Part shown: piece by piece, positions 1 through 9,336 of the stretch | How the letters are laid out: every line of letters starts with the position of its first letter | Position numbering within the stretch: the stretch's first letter is position 1 | DNA from: an uncultured Gammaproteobacteria bacterium | Lineage (GTDB): Bacteria; Patescibacteriota; Patescibacteriia; GCA-002772895 | Assembly: GCA_964522845.1 (NCBI GenBank) | Contig: CAZFZQ010000001.1 | Span: 6,559-69,414, forward strand | Direction: 5' to 3' | Length of the DNA stretch: 62,856 nt | The notes under the pieces: generated by a model | Databases searched by the model: none | What the model was told of the DNA's origin: nothing | Seen by the model: only the letters and a program-made list of their open reading frames with translations | Position numbers and translations under genes: made by a program

Positions 1-74
1 CGCATTTTTTTAATCAGGATATCCCCGTTTAGTTTTAATATATCCTGAAATTCGGATTTGATGAAATTCATGTC

Positions 75-755
75 ATGGATGATATGTTTTCCACGAATTT
101 GGATAGGGCGAAAGAAATTTGCCGGCTGATTATTAAAAGAAAAATAAAATTTGTCTGGAACGCGCAAGCCGGGCTTCGTGTTGATAGAATTGACGAAGAA
201 CTTCTACGCCTCATGAAAGAAGCCGGCTGTTATGCCACGAGTTTAGGTATTGAATCCGGTAACCAAGATATTTTAAAAATTATCAACAAAGGAATAACTT
301 TGGATCAAGTGCGGAGCGCTGTGGCTTTGGTAAAAAAAGTCGGGCTTCAAACTACGGGATTTTTTATTTTGGGGCTTGATGGTGAAACGGAAGCGACCAT
401 GCAAGACACAATCAATTTTGCCAAAGAATTGAAATTGGATTTTCCCAAAACAGGCATTTTAGTACCATTGCCCGGCACGCCGGTTTTTCAAAAATGGGAT
501 GCGGAGGGGCGCATTAAATCGCGCGATTGGTCTCATTATGTTTTTCATCCGGAACATAATTTGGTCTATGAGCATCCGAATTTAAAGTTTGAAACTATCC
601 TGGCTTATTATAATAAATTTTATAAAGAACTTTATTTTTCGCCGGGATTCGTATGGCAGCATTTCAAAAATAGCGTGAAGACGGGAAAAGTTTTTAGCGA
701 CGGTTATTATTTTTTGAAAGCGATTTTGGGCGGGTGGATAAAATTTAGCGACTAA
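75..755 (+). CDS. radical SAM enzyme fragment: C-terminal ~2/3 of a B12-binding-type radical SAM protein, Cys cluster absent
   Basis: By eye it aligns to the post-cluster part of in-window paralogs 11243..12661 and 26316..27770 (EIHVMDDMF vs EVTFWDDNF; GIESGNQDIL; FILGLDGET). The frame is open back only to nt 39. TAG (30-32) and TAA (36-38) interrupt it. Confidence 0.55.
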   Translation: MDDMFSTNLDRAKEICRLIIKRKIKFVWNAQAGLRVDRIDEELLRLMKEAGCYATSLGIESGNQDILKIINKGITLDQVRSAVALVKKVGLQTTGFFILGLDGETEATMQDTINFAKELKLDFPKTGILVPLPGTPVFQKWDAEGRIKSRDWSHYVFHPEHNLVYEHPNLKFETILAYYNKFYKELYFSPGFVWQHFKNSVKTGKVFSDGYYFLKAILGGWIKFSD

Positions 756-758
756 AAT

Positions 759-1427
759 ATGTCCTCAGTCAAAGAACATTTTAACGAAGTTGCGAAAAAT
801 TACGATTTTTGGAAAAAGAAAAATTGGTACTATTATAATAATTTAAAAAATCTTTATAGAAGTTTAATAACCGATGGCTCGTCGGTGCTGGAGGTTGGTT
901 GCGGCACGGGGGATGTGCTCTCCGCTCTTTTGCCGAAAAGAGGGGTGGGCATTGACTTGAGTGATGAAATGATAAAAATCGCGCAAGAAAAATATCAGAA
1001 GGAAAGAAACCTTAAATTTTTTTCCGCTACCGCAGAATTGTTGTCTGCGGAAGAAAAATTTGATTTTATCATTATGCCGGACGTGATTGAACATTTAGAA
1101 AATGTGATGTCAACGCTTGCGGCTTTGAAAAAATTTTCTAACGAAAAAACAAAAATTATAATTTCCATGATTAACCCATCGTGGGAGCCAATATTTATGA
1201 TTTTGGAAAAACTGCATTTGAAAATGCCGGAAGGGCCTCACGCAAGAATTTCCATAGATTCATTGAAAAAAAATATGGAAGAAGCCGGGTTTGTCCTTAA
1301 TTCCGAAGGATATCGCCTGATTATTCCCGCTTCCATTCCCGTTTTATCATTATTTAATAAATATTTTTATAAAATGCCGCTGTTCCGTCGTCTCGGCGCG
1401 GTATATTTCGGTGTTTTTTCATTATGA
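759..1427 (+). CDS. class I SAM-dependent methyltransferase
   Basis: Motif I VLEVGCGTGD, then IDLSDEM and PDVIEHL (Methyltransf_11/25-like). There is a 3-nt gap to the upstream ORF and an ATGA overlap with the next ORF. Confidence 0.85.
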   Translation: MSSVKEHFNEVAKNYDFWKKKNWYYYNNLKNLYRSLITDGSSVLEVGCGTGDVLSALLPKRGVGIDLSDEMIKIAQEKYQKERNLKFFSATAELLSAEEKFDFIIMPDVIEHLENVMSTLAALKKFSNEKTKIIISMINPSWEPIFMILEKLHLKMPEGPHARISIDSLKKNMEEAGFVLNSEGYRLIIPASIPVLSLFNKYFYKMPLFRRLGAVYFGVFSL

Positions 1428-3079
1428 TTAATAAAATAAAAATTTTTTTCGCGAGCCGTTTCGGCAAAGCACTCTTGGTTTTAGCGGTTTTCATTTTTTC
1501 TTTTGCGGTCAGGGCACTGCCTTTGTTGCAAAAAAAATATCCCATGGATAACGACGCGGTGCAGATGGTTTTGGCGCGCAATATCTATTTCGGTTTGGGC
1601 TATAAAATGGAGACGAAAGACGGCATAATCCTCGCGCCGTCGCTCGTGGCGGAAAGAGCCATGCCCGCTTCCAATCCTTATGTTGGCGTATCTTTGGCAT
1701 ACGCCTTGCTTTTTAAAATTTTTGGTTTTGCAAAAAATTTATTTTTGCCCATGATGACGACACTTTTGGCTCACGCGGCTGTAACCGCTCTTTTATTTCT
1801 TTTGGTGAAAAAAATGTTTAATTGGGGCATGGCTTTAGTTTTCGCGCTATTTGATATTTTTTTGCCCATCATCATAAAGGGATCGCTTGCTCCGGAACTT
1901 TATGAATTTGCTGCGCCAGCGTTTACCGTCGGCCTATTGTTTTATCTTTATACAAAAAGCGCCAAGCCGGCTCCTTGGCGGCTTATTTTTGCCGGCGTAT
2001 TTTTTACACTGGCGATTTTTGCGCGCAATGCCATGATGTTTTCTTACGGCGCTTTTGTGGTCTACGAATTTTATAAAAATCGGTCGTGGAAAAGAGCGCT
2101 TCTTTTTATTTTGCCCGGGATTTTAATTGCCGGCGGCGCGCTTTTGTATGCCATCCCGCGCAATTACGCTACTGGTTTTGCCGGCGGAATGATCGGAAAA
2201 ACAACTTTTCCGTCGCAATTTTATTCCCATATTTTTCCCGATGCTTATACATATAATTATGATCAGACAAATTATTTTGCTTCAGGCGGCGACAAAAGTT
2301 CTGTTTATAATGAGCCGTTTATGGCTTACGGGCGCAAGTATTCTCTTAAGGAATATTTGGCTATTTATGCCAAGCCGGCGACGGGCACAATTTTGGGATT
2401 TTTTCCGCTGATTGTCTGGGGCGGCCCATTGATTTTACTTTTATTTGTTTTTGGCGTCATATTTTTATATCGCGAAAAGCGGGAACTCTTTGAATTGCTG
2501 ATTATTTGGTTCATCGTTTGGTTTGCGGGATTATTTTTTGCCAGAACTGTTAATTGGACGCATTATTTGGAACTGGAATTTATTTTTGTTCTGACAATCA
2601 GCGTAGGATTTTATTGGCTGATGAAATTATTATTGAAGAGCGAGATGAGTAAAAAAATTAAATATGTGCTATTTGTTACGGCTGTTATTTTTACATTAGT
2701 TCATTTGATTGACGCCAACAAATGGATGTTGCATGAAAATTACCGAGGCGATATGCAAGGAGTAATGATCGATGTGGCCGCGCATTTGAACGGCCGGCAA
2801 TTGACGGACAAAGATGTTATTGCCACCGGTTTCGGCACCAGGTCGCAATATATTTTGAACTATTTGACGGGCTTGAATTATATCTATTTTAATCCTGAAA
2901 CTTTACAAAGACTGATTAAAGAAAATCGTCTAACTGACGCTTTTAAAATATATAACGTTAACAAAATTATCGGTTATACCTCTGAATTAAGCGATGCGGT
3001 TGCTAAGGCGGCAAAGGTTGAAAGTTTGGCCACGGATAATCATGTATGGGAAGAAACGCATATTATTGATTATAAATAA
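1424..3079 (+). CDS. polytopic membrane protein, candidate GT-C fold glycosyltransferase (ArnT/PMT-like)
   Basis: 551 aa with many hydrophobic helices over ~400 aa, then a soluble C-terminal domain. An acidic motif (MDNDA) follows TM1. It neighbours polyprenyl-phosphate-sugar synthase-like GT2 genes. Confidence 0.55.
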   Translation: MINKIKIFFASRFGKALLVLAVFIFSFAVRALPLLQKKYPMDNDAVQMVLARNIYFGLGYKMETKDGIILAPSLVAERAMPASNPYVGVSLAYALLFKIFGFAKNLFLPMMTTLLAHAAVTALLFLLVKKMFNWGMALVFALFDIFLPIIIKGSLAPELYEFAAPAFTVGLLFYLYTKSAKPAPWRLIFAGVFFTLAIFARNAMMFSYGAFVVYEFYKNRSWKRALLFILPGILIAGGALLYAIPRNYATGFAGGMIGKTTFPSQFYSHIFPDAYTYNYDQTNYFASGGDKSSVYNEPFMAYGRKYSLKEYLAIYAKPATGTILGFFPLIVWGGPLILLLFVFGVIFLYREKRELFELLIIWFIVWFAGLFFARTVNWTHYLELEFIFVLTISVGFYWLMKLLLKSEMSKKIKYVLFVTAVIFTLVHLIDANKWMLHENYRGDMQGVMIDVAAHLNGRQLTDKDVIATGFGTRSQYILNYLTGLNYIYFNPETLQRLIKENRLTDAFKIYNVNKIIGYTSELSDAVAKAAKVESLATDNHVWEETHIIDYK

Positions 3080-3111
3080 AATGGCTTAATTTAGATATTT
3101 TTATAGGTATT

Positions 3112-3528
3112 TTGAATGGTTATGTTGGTTACGCAGGAGAAGGGGTGTTCGTTAATTTGTTGCCCATTTCATTTGATATTTGGTATAAAGTTAAGGTGGA
3201 ATGGCGTATTTCTGACCATAGAGAAAGATATACGATAAATGACGGTACGCCGAGTGATTGGTTCGTATCGGGCGGAATACAAAATTGGAATAATATTGAT
3301 ACGTTAAGATTAAGAGCGCCAAATGTCGGCAACGTTTCCATGTTTTGGGATACTCTGTCAAGCCCCGTCACTTCATCATATTTGAGTTCAAGTATAGCTA
3401 ATGTTTTTTCTTTTACCGGCTATGTTCCGGGCACGTACAATCTGCAAGCTACGGCCTGCGATCCTTTCAATCTTTGTTCTTCTCTAACAGCTCCGATTCA
3501 CGTGTTTGGCAGCCCCTGCCAGCCGTGA
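3112..3528 (+). CDS. hypothetical protein (138 aa, TTG start, no signal peptide)
   Basis: Supported only by the open frame. The sequence is rich in W/N/S/T, like a beta-sandwich fragment. It could be a remnant of a larger surface protein. Confidence 0.3.
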   Translation: MNGYVGYAGEGVFVNLLPISFDIWYKVKVEWRISDHRERYTINDGTPSDWFVSGGIQNWNNIDTLRLRAPNVGNVSMFWDTLSSPVTSSYLSSSIANVFSFTGYVPGTYNLQATACDPFNLCSSLTAPIHVFGSPCQP

Positions 3529-3546
3529 TGAGCTAAATTCAACCAA

Positions 3547-3578
3547 AATACCTGCTTACTTTGCAGGTATTTTTATTT
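3547..3578 (+). terminator. rho-independent terminator
   Basis: 9-bp stem AATACCTGC / GCAGGTATT with a 7-nt loop, followed by a T-run. Confidence 0.6.
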
Positions 3579-3605
3579 GACTTTATGCTTAAAATTACCT
3601 ACAAT
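3577..3605 (+). promoter_or_regulatory. sigma70-like promoter for asnB
   Basis: TTGACT (3577-3582), a 17-nt spacer, TACAAT (3600-3605), 26 nt upstream of the ATG. Confidence 0.55.
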
Positions 3606-3631
3606 AAATACTAAATAAATAAGTTTATTTT

Positions 3632-5506
3632 ATGTGCGGGATTGCGGGTTTTGTAGGAAAGGGGGACAAGGATGTTTTAAAAAAAATGTCCCAAACGCTA
3701 TATCACCGCGGGCCGGATGATGAGGGTTTTTATTTTGAAAATGGCGTCGGTTTGGGATTTCGGCGGCTCTCAATTATTGATTTAAATACCGGCAGCCAGC
3801 CGATTTTTAATGAAGACAAAAGTATCGCCGTCATTTTTAATGGCGAGATTTATAATTTTAAAGAATTGCGCGAGGGGCTTTTGGCGCGGCATAATTTTTA
3901 TACTAAAACCGACACGGAAGTTATCGTCCACCTTTACGAGGAACTGGGCGAAAAATGTTTTGAAAAATTGAACGGGATGTTCGCCATTGCCATTTGGGAT
4001 AAAAAAAATAAAAAACTGGTTTTGGCGCGCGATCGGATGGGAAAAAAGCCGCTTTATTATTTTTGGGACGAAAAAAATTTTATTTTTGGTTCCGAATTAA
4101 AAGCCATAAAAGCGCACCCGGCATTTGTGGCGGAGCTGGACTTGGCATCGCTTAACAAATATTTTTTGTATGAATACGTGCCCGCGCCGGGCTCCATTTT
4201 TAAAAACACGAAAAAACTTTTACCGGGAAATTATTTGGTATTAAAAGATGGGCGGATAAACACAGAATCTTTTTGGGATACCACTTTTCACAATCATAAA
4301 ATAAATTCGGAAAAAGAAATTTTGGCGCGAATGGATAATTTGATTAATGATGCAGTGAAGATTCGTTTGGTTTCTGATGTACCGCTGGGAGTTTTTCTTT
4401 CAGGCGGACTGGATTCAAGCACCGTGGCTTATTACGCGCAAAAAAATTCCAATCAAAAGATAAACACTTTTTCCATCGGCTTTGATGATCCGTCGTTTGA
4501 TGAAAGCGCGTACGCAAGAAGGGCGGCGAAATTTTTAGGCACTAATCATCATGAGGATGTTTTGACTTCGCGTCAAACGCAAGAATTGGTGCCGCGGATT
4601 TTTGATTTTTTGGATGAACCGCTGGCTGATGCGTCAATTATCCCAACTTATTTTTTATCAAAATTCGCGCGGCAAAATGTAACCGTGGTATTGGGCGGCG
4701 ATGGCGGCGACGAGCTGTTCATGGGCTATCCGACTTTTTTGGCGCATCAATTCTCCGGTATTTACGAAAAGCTGCCGGAGTTTTTACGGAAAAATGTTTT
4801 GGAAGCGCTGGTCGCGTGTTTGCCTGTCAATTTGAATAATATGAGTTTTGATTTTAAAGCGAAGCGGTTTATTAAAGGATTGGGAGTCCGTCCAGAGTAT
4901 CGCAACCAAATTTGGCTTGGTGCTTTTGGCCGCGAAGAGCGCGCCAAACTTTTTCGGCCGGAAATTTGGAATGAACTAAAAAATAAAAACGAGTTTGAAG
5001 ATATTGACCGCGAAGTTGATGTGTTGGGGGCGGAAGCGGCAATCAACAAAATTATTAAATTGTATCAGAAGCATTATTTGGCGGATGAGGTGCTGGTTAA
5101 GGTTGACCGGGCATCAATGGCCGCTTCGCTTGAAGTGCGCGCCCCATTTTTAGATTATCGCCTGGTTGATTTTATGAATTCCGTTTCTTTTGATCAAAAA
5201 ATGAAAAATTTTCAGACAAAATATCTGCTTAAAAAATTAATGGATGGCAAATTGCCGCGGGATATCATTTATCGTCCGAAAAAGGGTTTTGGCGTGCCTT
5301 TGGCCAAGTGGTTTAAAAAAGAATTAAAGCCGTTATTATTAGATTTGTTAAGCCAAGAAAGGATTGACAAGGAAGGATTATTCAACTATCCTTATGTTGA
5401 GAAGTTATTGAATGATCATTTTGAAGGAAAGAAGGATAACAGAAAATTAATTTGGGCATTAGCGGTTTTTGAAATGTGGAGAGAGAAGTGGTTAAAAAAT
5501 ATATAA
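3632..5506 (+). CDS. asnB: asparagine synthase (glutamine-hydrolysing) family amidotransferase
   Basis: N-terminal MCGIAGF (Ntn Cys2 glutaminase), PP-loop SGGLDSS, 624 aa. Confidence 0.9.
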   Translation: MCGIAGFVGKGDKDVLKKMSQTLYHRGPDDEGFYFENGVGLGFRRLSIIDLNTGSQPIFNEDKSIAVIFNGEIYNFKELREGLLARHNFYTKTDTEVIVHLYEELGEKCFEKLNGMFAIAIWDKKNKKLVLARDRMGKKPLYYFWDEKNFIFGSELKAIKAHPAFVAELDLASLNKYFLYEYVPAPGSIFKNTKKLLPGNYLVLKDGRINTESFWDTTFHNHKINSEKEILARMDNLINDAVKIRLVSDVPLGVFLSGGLDSSTVAYYAQKNSNQKINTFSIGFDDPSFDESAYARRAAKFLGTNHHEDVLTSRQTQELVPRIFDFLDEPLADASIIPTYFLSKFARQNVTVVLGGDGGDELFMGYPTFLAHQFSGIYEKLPEFLRKNVLEALVACLPVNLNNMSFDFKAKRFIKGLGVRPEYRNQIWLGAFGREERAKLFRPEIWNELKNKNEFEDIDREVDVLGAEAAINKIIKLYQKHYLADEVLVKVDRASMAASLEVRAPFLDYRLVDFMNSVSFDQKMKNFQTKYLLKKLMDGKLPRDIIYRPKKGFGVPLAKWFKKELKPLLLDLLSQERIDKEGLFNYPYVEKLLNDHFEGKKDNRKLIWALAVFEMWREKWLKNI

Positions 5507-5523
5507 TATGTGATGGAAATTTT

Positions 5524-7428
5524 ATGCTGGCAAAAATAAAAAAAATTATATTTAACAGATATTTTTTGATGAGCGCCGTAGTTTTGGTTGCCATTATTTC
5601 CGCATGGTATTTTACGCGCACCCATTCTTTGTTTGGGACGATTTCCAACGATGACCAGTTTTACTATGATGATATAGCGATGAATATTTTAGATGGCCGG
5701 GGTATTTTTGCCACTTGGGATTTATGGATTTATGCATGCATGAGGGTGCCATTTTACCCCCTTTTACTGTCTTTGATATATTTATTTTTTGGCCACAGTT
5801 TTTTGGCCGCGGAGATATTTCAGTTTATATTGGGTATTTTTACTTGTTTGTTTGTATATTTAATAGTCGAAAGGATATTCAACAAAATCATCGCTTTTTT
5901 TACGGCTATTATTGTTGGTATTTATCCGATATACCTTGCATTTAATTTGCAGCTGATGAGAGAATCATCCTTTATTTTTTTATTTGTTGTTTTTTCCTAT
6001 TTAATTTTAAAGACATTAGATAATCCCGTCTGGAAAAATTTTATTTTAAGCGGATTATTGTTCGGCTTAATGGTGTTAAATAGGCCGACTATATTTTTTG
6101 CCTTGCCGTTAATTTTGTCATGGCTTCTTATCATTTTTCGTAAAAATCGCAAATTATTTTTTCCTTTATCCATAGGGCTGGGACTTATTCCCGCTTTAAT
6201 GATCGGCGGCTGGTTAATACGCGGACAAATCGTAGCTGGCGCACCTAGTATGGAATATCCTGGAACTTTGAATATGTGGGCATACGCAACGAATCACTCC
6301 AAAGAGTATGAGCGAGACAATATGACTGTTAATCCGGAAATTTTATGGGACAAACCTTACGCCAGTGAGGGAGAAAGAGTAAAGAGGCTTACTAACGAAT
6401 CTCTCCAGGGTATTTTTAGAAATCCCGTTGGTCTAATAAAAAAAGGAACGCATAATTTATTTACGATGCATTGTTTTAGCGGTACGTGCTCTACGCTATG
6501 GGAGCCATTTTTAATGATTCTTGGCTTTATCGGGTTATCTTTTGGTCTGATATTATTGCCAATAACAACGATTTATTTTTTGATTTGTATTTTGGCGGTC
6601 GTTGTTCCAAGCGCCATTTTTGGCGGTAGCGGCACTTCACGATTTCGCAATCCTTTGGACTGGATATATATAATGTATGCCCTTTTCTTTATTTATGTTT
6701 TGGGAAAATCTTTAATTAACAGAAGAAGTTTAATGAATTTAATCAGTAATAAAGAATTTGGACAAATTAAACAAAATGAAAATAATATTCTAAAACATGC
6801 AAGGCGATTAATTATCCTGATTGTCGTTGCAACTATCGTTTTTGGATTGTTAAAAATTGGCTATAATAATGTATTTTGCAAAAATACCTATCTATCAGGC
6901 ATTTCTAATCAGGAGGCGGAAGAAATTTTGGCTAAGAATAAATTTCTAATTAACCGTAGCCTTAAAAATTGGGAATCGTTCGAAAATATTAAAAATTATA
7001 TTTTTGGGCACCAGATGAACTTGGATGATTATCGCGGCACGCTTATTAATTGGACGGGTATTATCCGTAACCCCGCATATATTGGCGCTAATCAAAAAAT
7101 GAACAATATGATAGTATTAAGAGCGGATAATATTCATTCGTTTGAATCAACCTTTTTTAATTTTATCATTACTTCAAACACATGTTCTTTGGGCGGGGGA
7201 AATTTTTATGCTATATTCCCCGGCCGTTTGCCTGAAAATTTTAAAGACAAATATGTGGCGGTTTTGGGACAATTAAAACAAAATAACACGCCAGCGGATC
7301 GTTTTGGCATACATGTCATTGCGATTGTACTGATAGACAAACAGGGACAGCTGGATTTTAATCAGTTGGTATTTGCAGAGAATATAACTCAGCTTCAGAA
7401 ACAATCGGATTTTTATAAAAATAAATAA
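5524..7428 (+). CDS. polytopic membrane protein, candidate GT-C fold glycosyltransferase with a large C-terminal domain
   Basis: I prefer the ATG at 5524 because the ORF-track start at 5476 overlaps asnB. There are ~12 hydrophobic helices, an acidic loop NDDQFYYDD after TM1, and a soluble ~200-aa tail. Confidence 0.55.
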   Translation: MLAKIKKIIFNRYFLMSAVVLVAIISAWYFTRTHSLFGTISNDDQFYYDDIAMNILDGRGIFATWDLWIYACMRVPFYPLLLSLIYLFFGHSFLAAEIFQFILGIFTCLFVYLIVERIFNKIIAFFTAIIVGIYPIYLAFNLQLMRESSFIFLFVVFSYLILKTLDNPVWKNFILSGLLFGLMVLNRPTIFFALPLILSWLLIIFRKNRKLFFPLSIGLGLIPALMIGGWLIRGQIVAGAPSMEYPGTLNMWAYATNHSKEYERDNMTVNPEILWDKPYASEGERVKRLTNESLQGIFRNPVGLIKKGTHNLFTMHCFSGTCSTLWEPFLMILGFIGLSFGLILLPITTIYFLICILAVVVPSAIFGGSGTSRFRNPLDWIYIMYALFFIYVLGKSLINRRSLMNLISNKEFGQIKQNENNILKHARRLIILIVVATIVFGLLKIGYNNVFCKNTYLSGISNQEAEEILAKNKFLINRSLKNWESFENIKNYIFGHQMNLDDYRGTLINWTGIIRNPAYIGANQKMNNMIVLRADNIHSFESTFFNFIITSNTCSLGGGNFYAIFPGRLPENFKDKYVAVLGQLKQNNTPADRFGIHVIAIVLIDKQGQLDFNQLVFAENITQLQKQSDFYKNK

Positions 7429-7442
7429 TTCTCGGCTTTTAT

Positions 7443-8387
7443 ATGATTCAACTAAGCGTAGTCGTCCCGGTTTATAATGAAGATGGCAGCTTAAGGAAAC
7501 TTTATGAAAAAATAAAGGAGGTTTGTGATAATTTAAAAAGGGATTATGAAATTATTTTTATAGATGACGGTTCAGGGGATAAAAGTTTTGAAATTTTAAA
7601 AGAAATTGCCGCAAAAGATATCCTCGTGAAAATTATTAAATTCAGAAGGAATTTTGGCCAAACGGCCGCCTTGAGCGCCGGGTTTGACGCAGCGCAAGGT
7701 GAAATTATTATTCCCATGGATGCCGATTTACAAAACGATCCTGCTGATATTCCCCGGCTTTTGGAAAAATTAGATGAGGGGTATGATGTTGTGTCCGGAT
7801 GGAGAAAAAATCGGCAGGATAAGTTTGTGTCGCGGAAGATTCCTTCTTGGATGGCAAACTCTCTTATCGCGTTTATTACGCGGGTAAAAATTCATGATTA
7901 CGGATGTACGTTAAAAGCATACCGGAATGAAGTATTGAAAGATATTAAAATTTACGGCGAAATGCATCGTTTTATCCCGGCTTACGCGGCCTGGCGCGGC
8001 GCAAAGGTTACAGAGATTATTGTGGCGCACCATCCTCGCCAGTTTGGGAAGACAAAATATGGCATCTCGCGCACCTTGAAAGTCGTGCTGGATTTGTTAG
8101 TGGTAAAATTTGTTATTGATTATTCAACTAAGTCTATTTATTTTTTTGGCGGATTAGGATTGGCCTCCATTCTCGGCGGTTTTTGTAGTGGTTTATTAGC
8201 CACTTATTTAAAGTTTTATCACAGCATTCCGTTTATCTCAACCCCGTTACCGCTTTTAACTGCTTTATTATTTCTTGTTGGCATCCAGTTGATTGTGATG
8301 GGATTGCTTTCCGATATCATTTTGCGTTCTTATTATGAAACGAATGATAAGAAAACATATACCACAAAAGAGCGAATTAATTTTTAA
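7443..8387 (+). CDS. GT2 glycosyltransferase, polyprenyl-phosphate sugar synthase type (ArnC/GtrB/DPM1-like)
   Basis: LSVVVPVYNE, IDDGSGD and DADLQNDP motifs, plus two C-terminal TM helices. Confidence 0.85.
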   Translation: MIQLSVVVPVYNEDGSLRKLYEKIKEVCDNLKRDYEIIFIDDGSGDKSFEILKEIAAKDILVKIIKFRRNFGQTAALSAGFDAAQGEIIIPMDADLQNDPADIPRLLEKLDEGYDVVSGWRKNRQDKFVSRKIPSWMANSLIAFITRVKIHDYGCTLKAYRNEVLKDIKIYGEMHRFIPAYAAWRGAKVTEIIVAHHPRQFGKTKYGISRTLKVVLDLLVVKFVIDYSTKSIYFFGGLGLASILGGFCSGLLATYLKFYHSIPFISTPLPLLTALLFLVGIQLIVMGLLSDIILRSYYETNDKKTYTTKERINF

Positions 8388-8465
8388 AATAAACAGTTTT
8401 AATGATATCAAAAGATATCGGCGCGGTTTTAGCGCTTTGGTAAACGGCTGTTTTTATCATAAATT

Positions 8466-9329
8466 ATGCAACATTTTAGCATTATTTTGCCTTCATATAA
8501 TGAGGACGAGGGTATCAAAAGGGTAATAAATGAAATAAGGTCGTTGGGAGAACGGGAAAATTTTGTGTTTGAAATAATTGTTGTTGACGACGGTTCAACA
8601 GACAATACGGCGGAAACCGCTAAGAATCTCGGTGCAAAGATTATTTCTCATCCTATAAACATCGGTTACGGGCGGTCGCTTAAAGACGGCATCATGGCGG
8701 CGGCCAATGACAATATTATTATCGCCGACGCTGACGGTACCTACCCAATAAAAGAAATTTCCAAATTAATAAAAGAATTTGAGCGGGGCTTTGACATGGT
8801 GGTGGGCGCCAGGCAGGGCAAGGAATACCGCGGCACATTCTTTAAGATGCCGGCGCGGTATTTTTTTAAATTATTGTCAGAATTCGCGGCCGGCCAAAAA
8901 ATACCGGATATCAACAGCGGCTTAAGAGTTTTCAAAAAAAGCGTAGCTTTGCAATACTTTGATATTCTATGTAATGGTTTCAGCTTCACCACAACCATCA
9001 CTCTGTCATATCTTTTAACCGGCCGTTTGATTAAGTATGTCCCGATTGAATATCATAAAAGAGTCGGAAATTCTAAGGTGCGATATTTCCGAGACACTTT
9101 AAGAACTTTACAAATAATAGTTGAGGCGATTCTCTATTTTAATCCGATAAAGATTTTTTTGGCTCTGTCGGCGCTGGTGTTGTTGTTTGGATTTTTTATT
9201 TTGATATTTGGAATTATTTTTCACATCCGCACATTCTTTGATTTGTTCGCTTATTCCGTTATTGGTTCGGTAATTATTTTTGCCATGGGGCTTCAAGCTG
9301 ATCTCTTGCGCCGAATTAAAGAAAAATAA
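8466..9329 (+). CDS. GT2 glycosyltransferase, polyprenyl-phosphate sugar synthase type
   Basis: FSIILPSYNE, VDDGSTD and ADADGTYP motifs, with C-terminal TM helices. Confidence 0.85.
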   Translation: MQHFSIILPSYNEDEGIKRVINEIRSLGERENFVFEIIVVDDGSTDNTAETAKNLGAKIISHPINIGYGRSLKDGIMAAANDNIIIADADGTYPIKEISKLIKEFERGFDMVVGARQGKEYRGTFFKMPARYFFKLLSEFAAGQKIPDINSGLRVFKKSVALQYFDILCNGFSFTTTITLSYLLTGRLIKYVPIEYHKRVGNSKVRYFRDTLRTLQIIVEAILYFNPIKIFLALSALVLLFGFFILIFGIIFHIRTFFDLFAYSVIGSVIIFAMGLQADLLRRIKEK

Positions 9330-9336
9330 TTTTTTT

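Noticed and set aside
30-38. TAG and TAA inside an apparently homologous radical SAM frame, as possible evidence of stop-codon reassignment.
   Set aside because: All other ~60 genes in the window terminate normally at TAA, TAG or TGA and need no read-through. Two different stops would both have to be recoded. A pseudogene, split gene or assembly error is far more likely.
3112-3528. The 138-aa ORF, considered as a RiPP precursor for the radical SAM/SPASM enzymes.
   Set aside because: It is too long, is not Cys/Ser/Thr-patterned like known precursors, and lies 12 kb from the SPASM genes and upstream of a terminator (3547..3578) that separates it from them.
5476-5523. The upstream extension of the GT-C-like ORF that overlaps asnB by 31 nt.
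   Set aside because: The extension encodes no hydrophobic or conserved sequence. The in-frame ATG at 5524 starts directly at the basic and TM1 segment.
8335-8526. A 63-aa ORF spanning the GT2/GT2 intergenic region.
   Set aside because: It overlaps the ends of both well-supported GT2 genes in other frames, and it has no start context.
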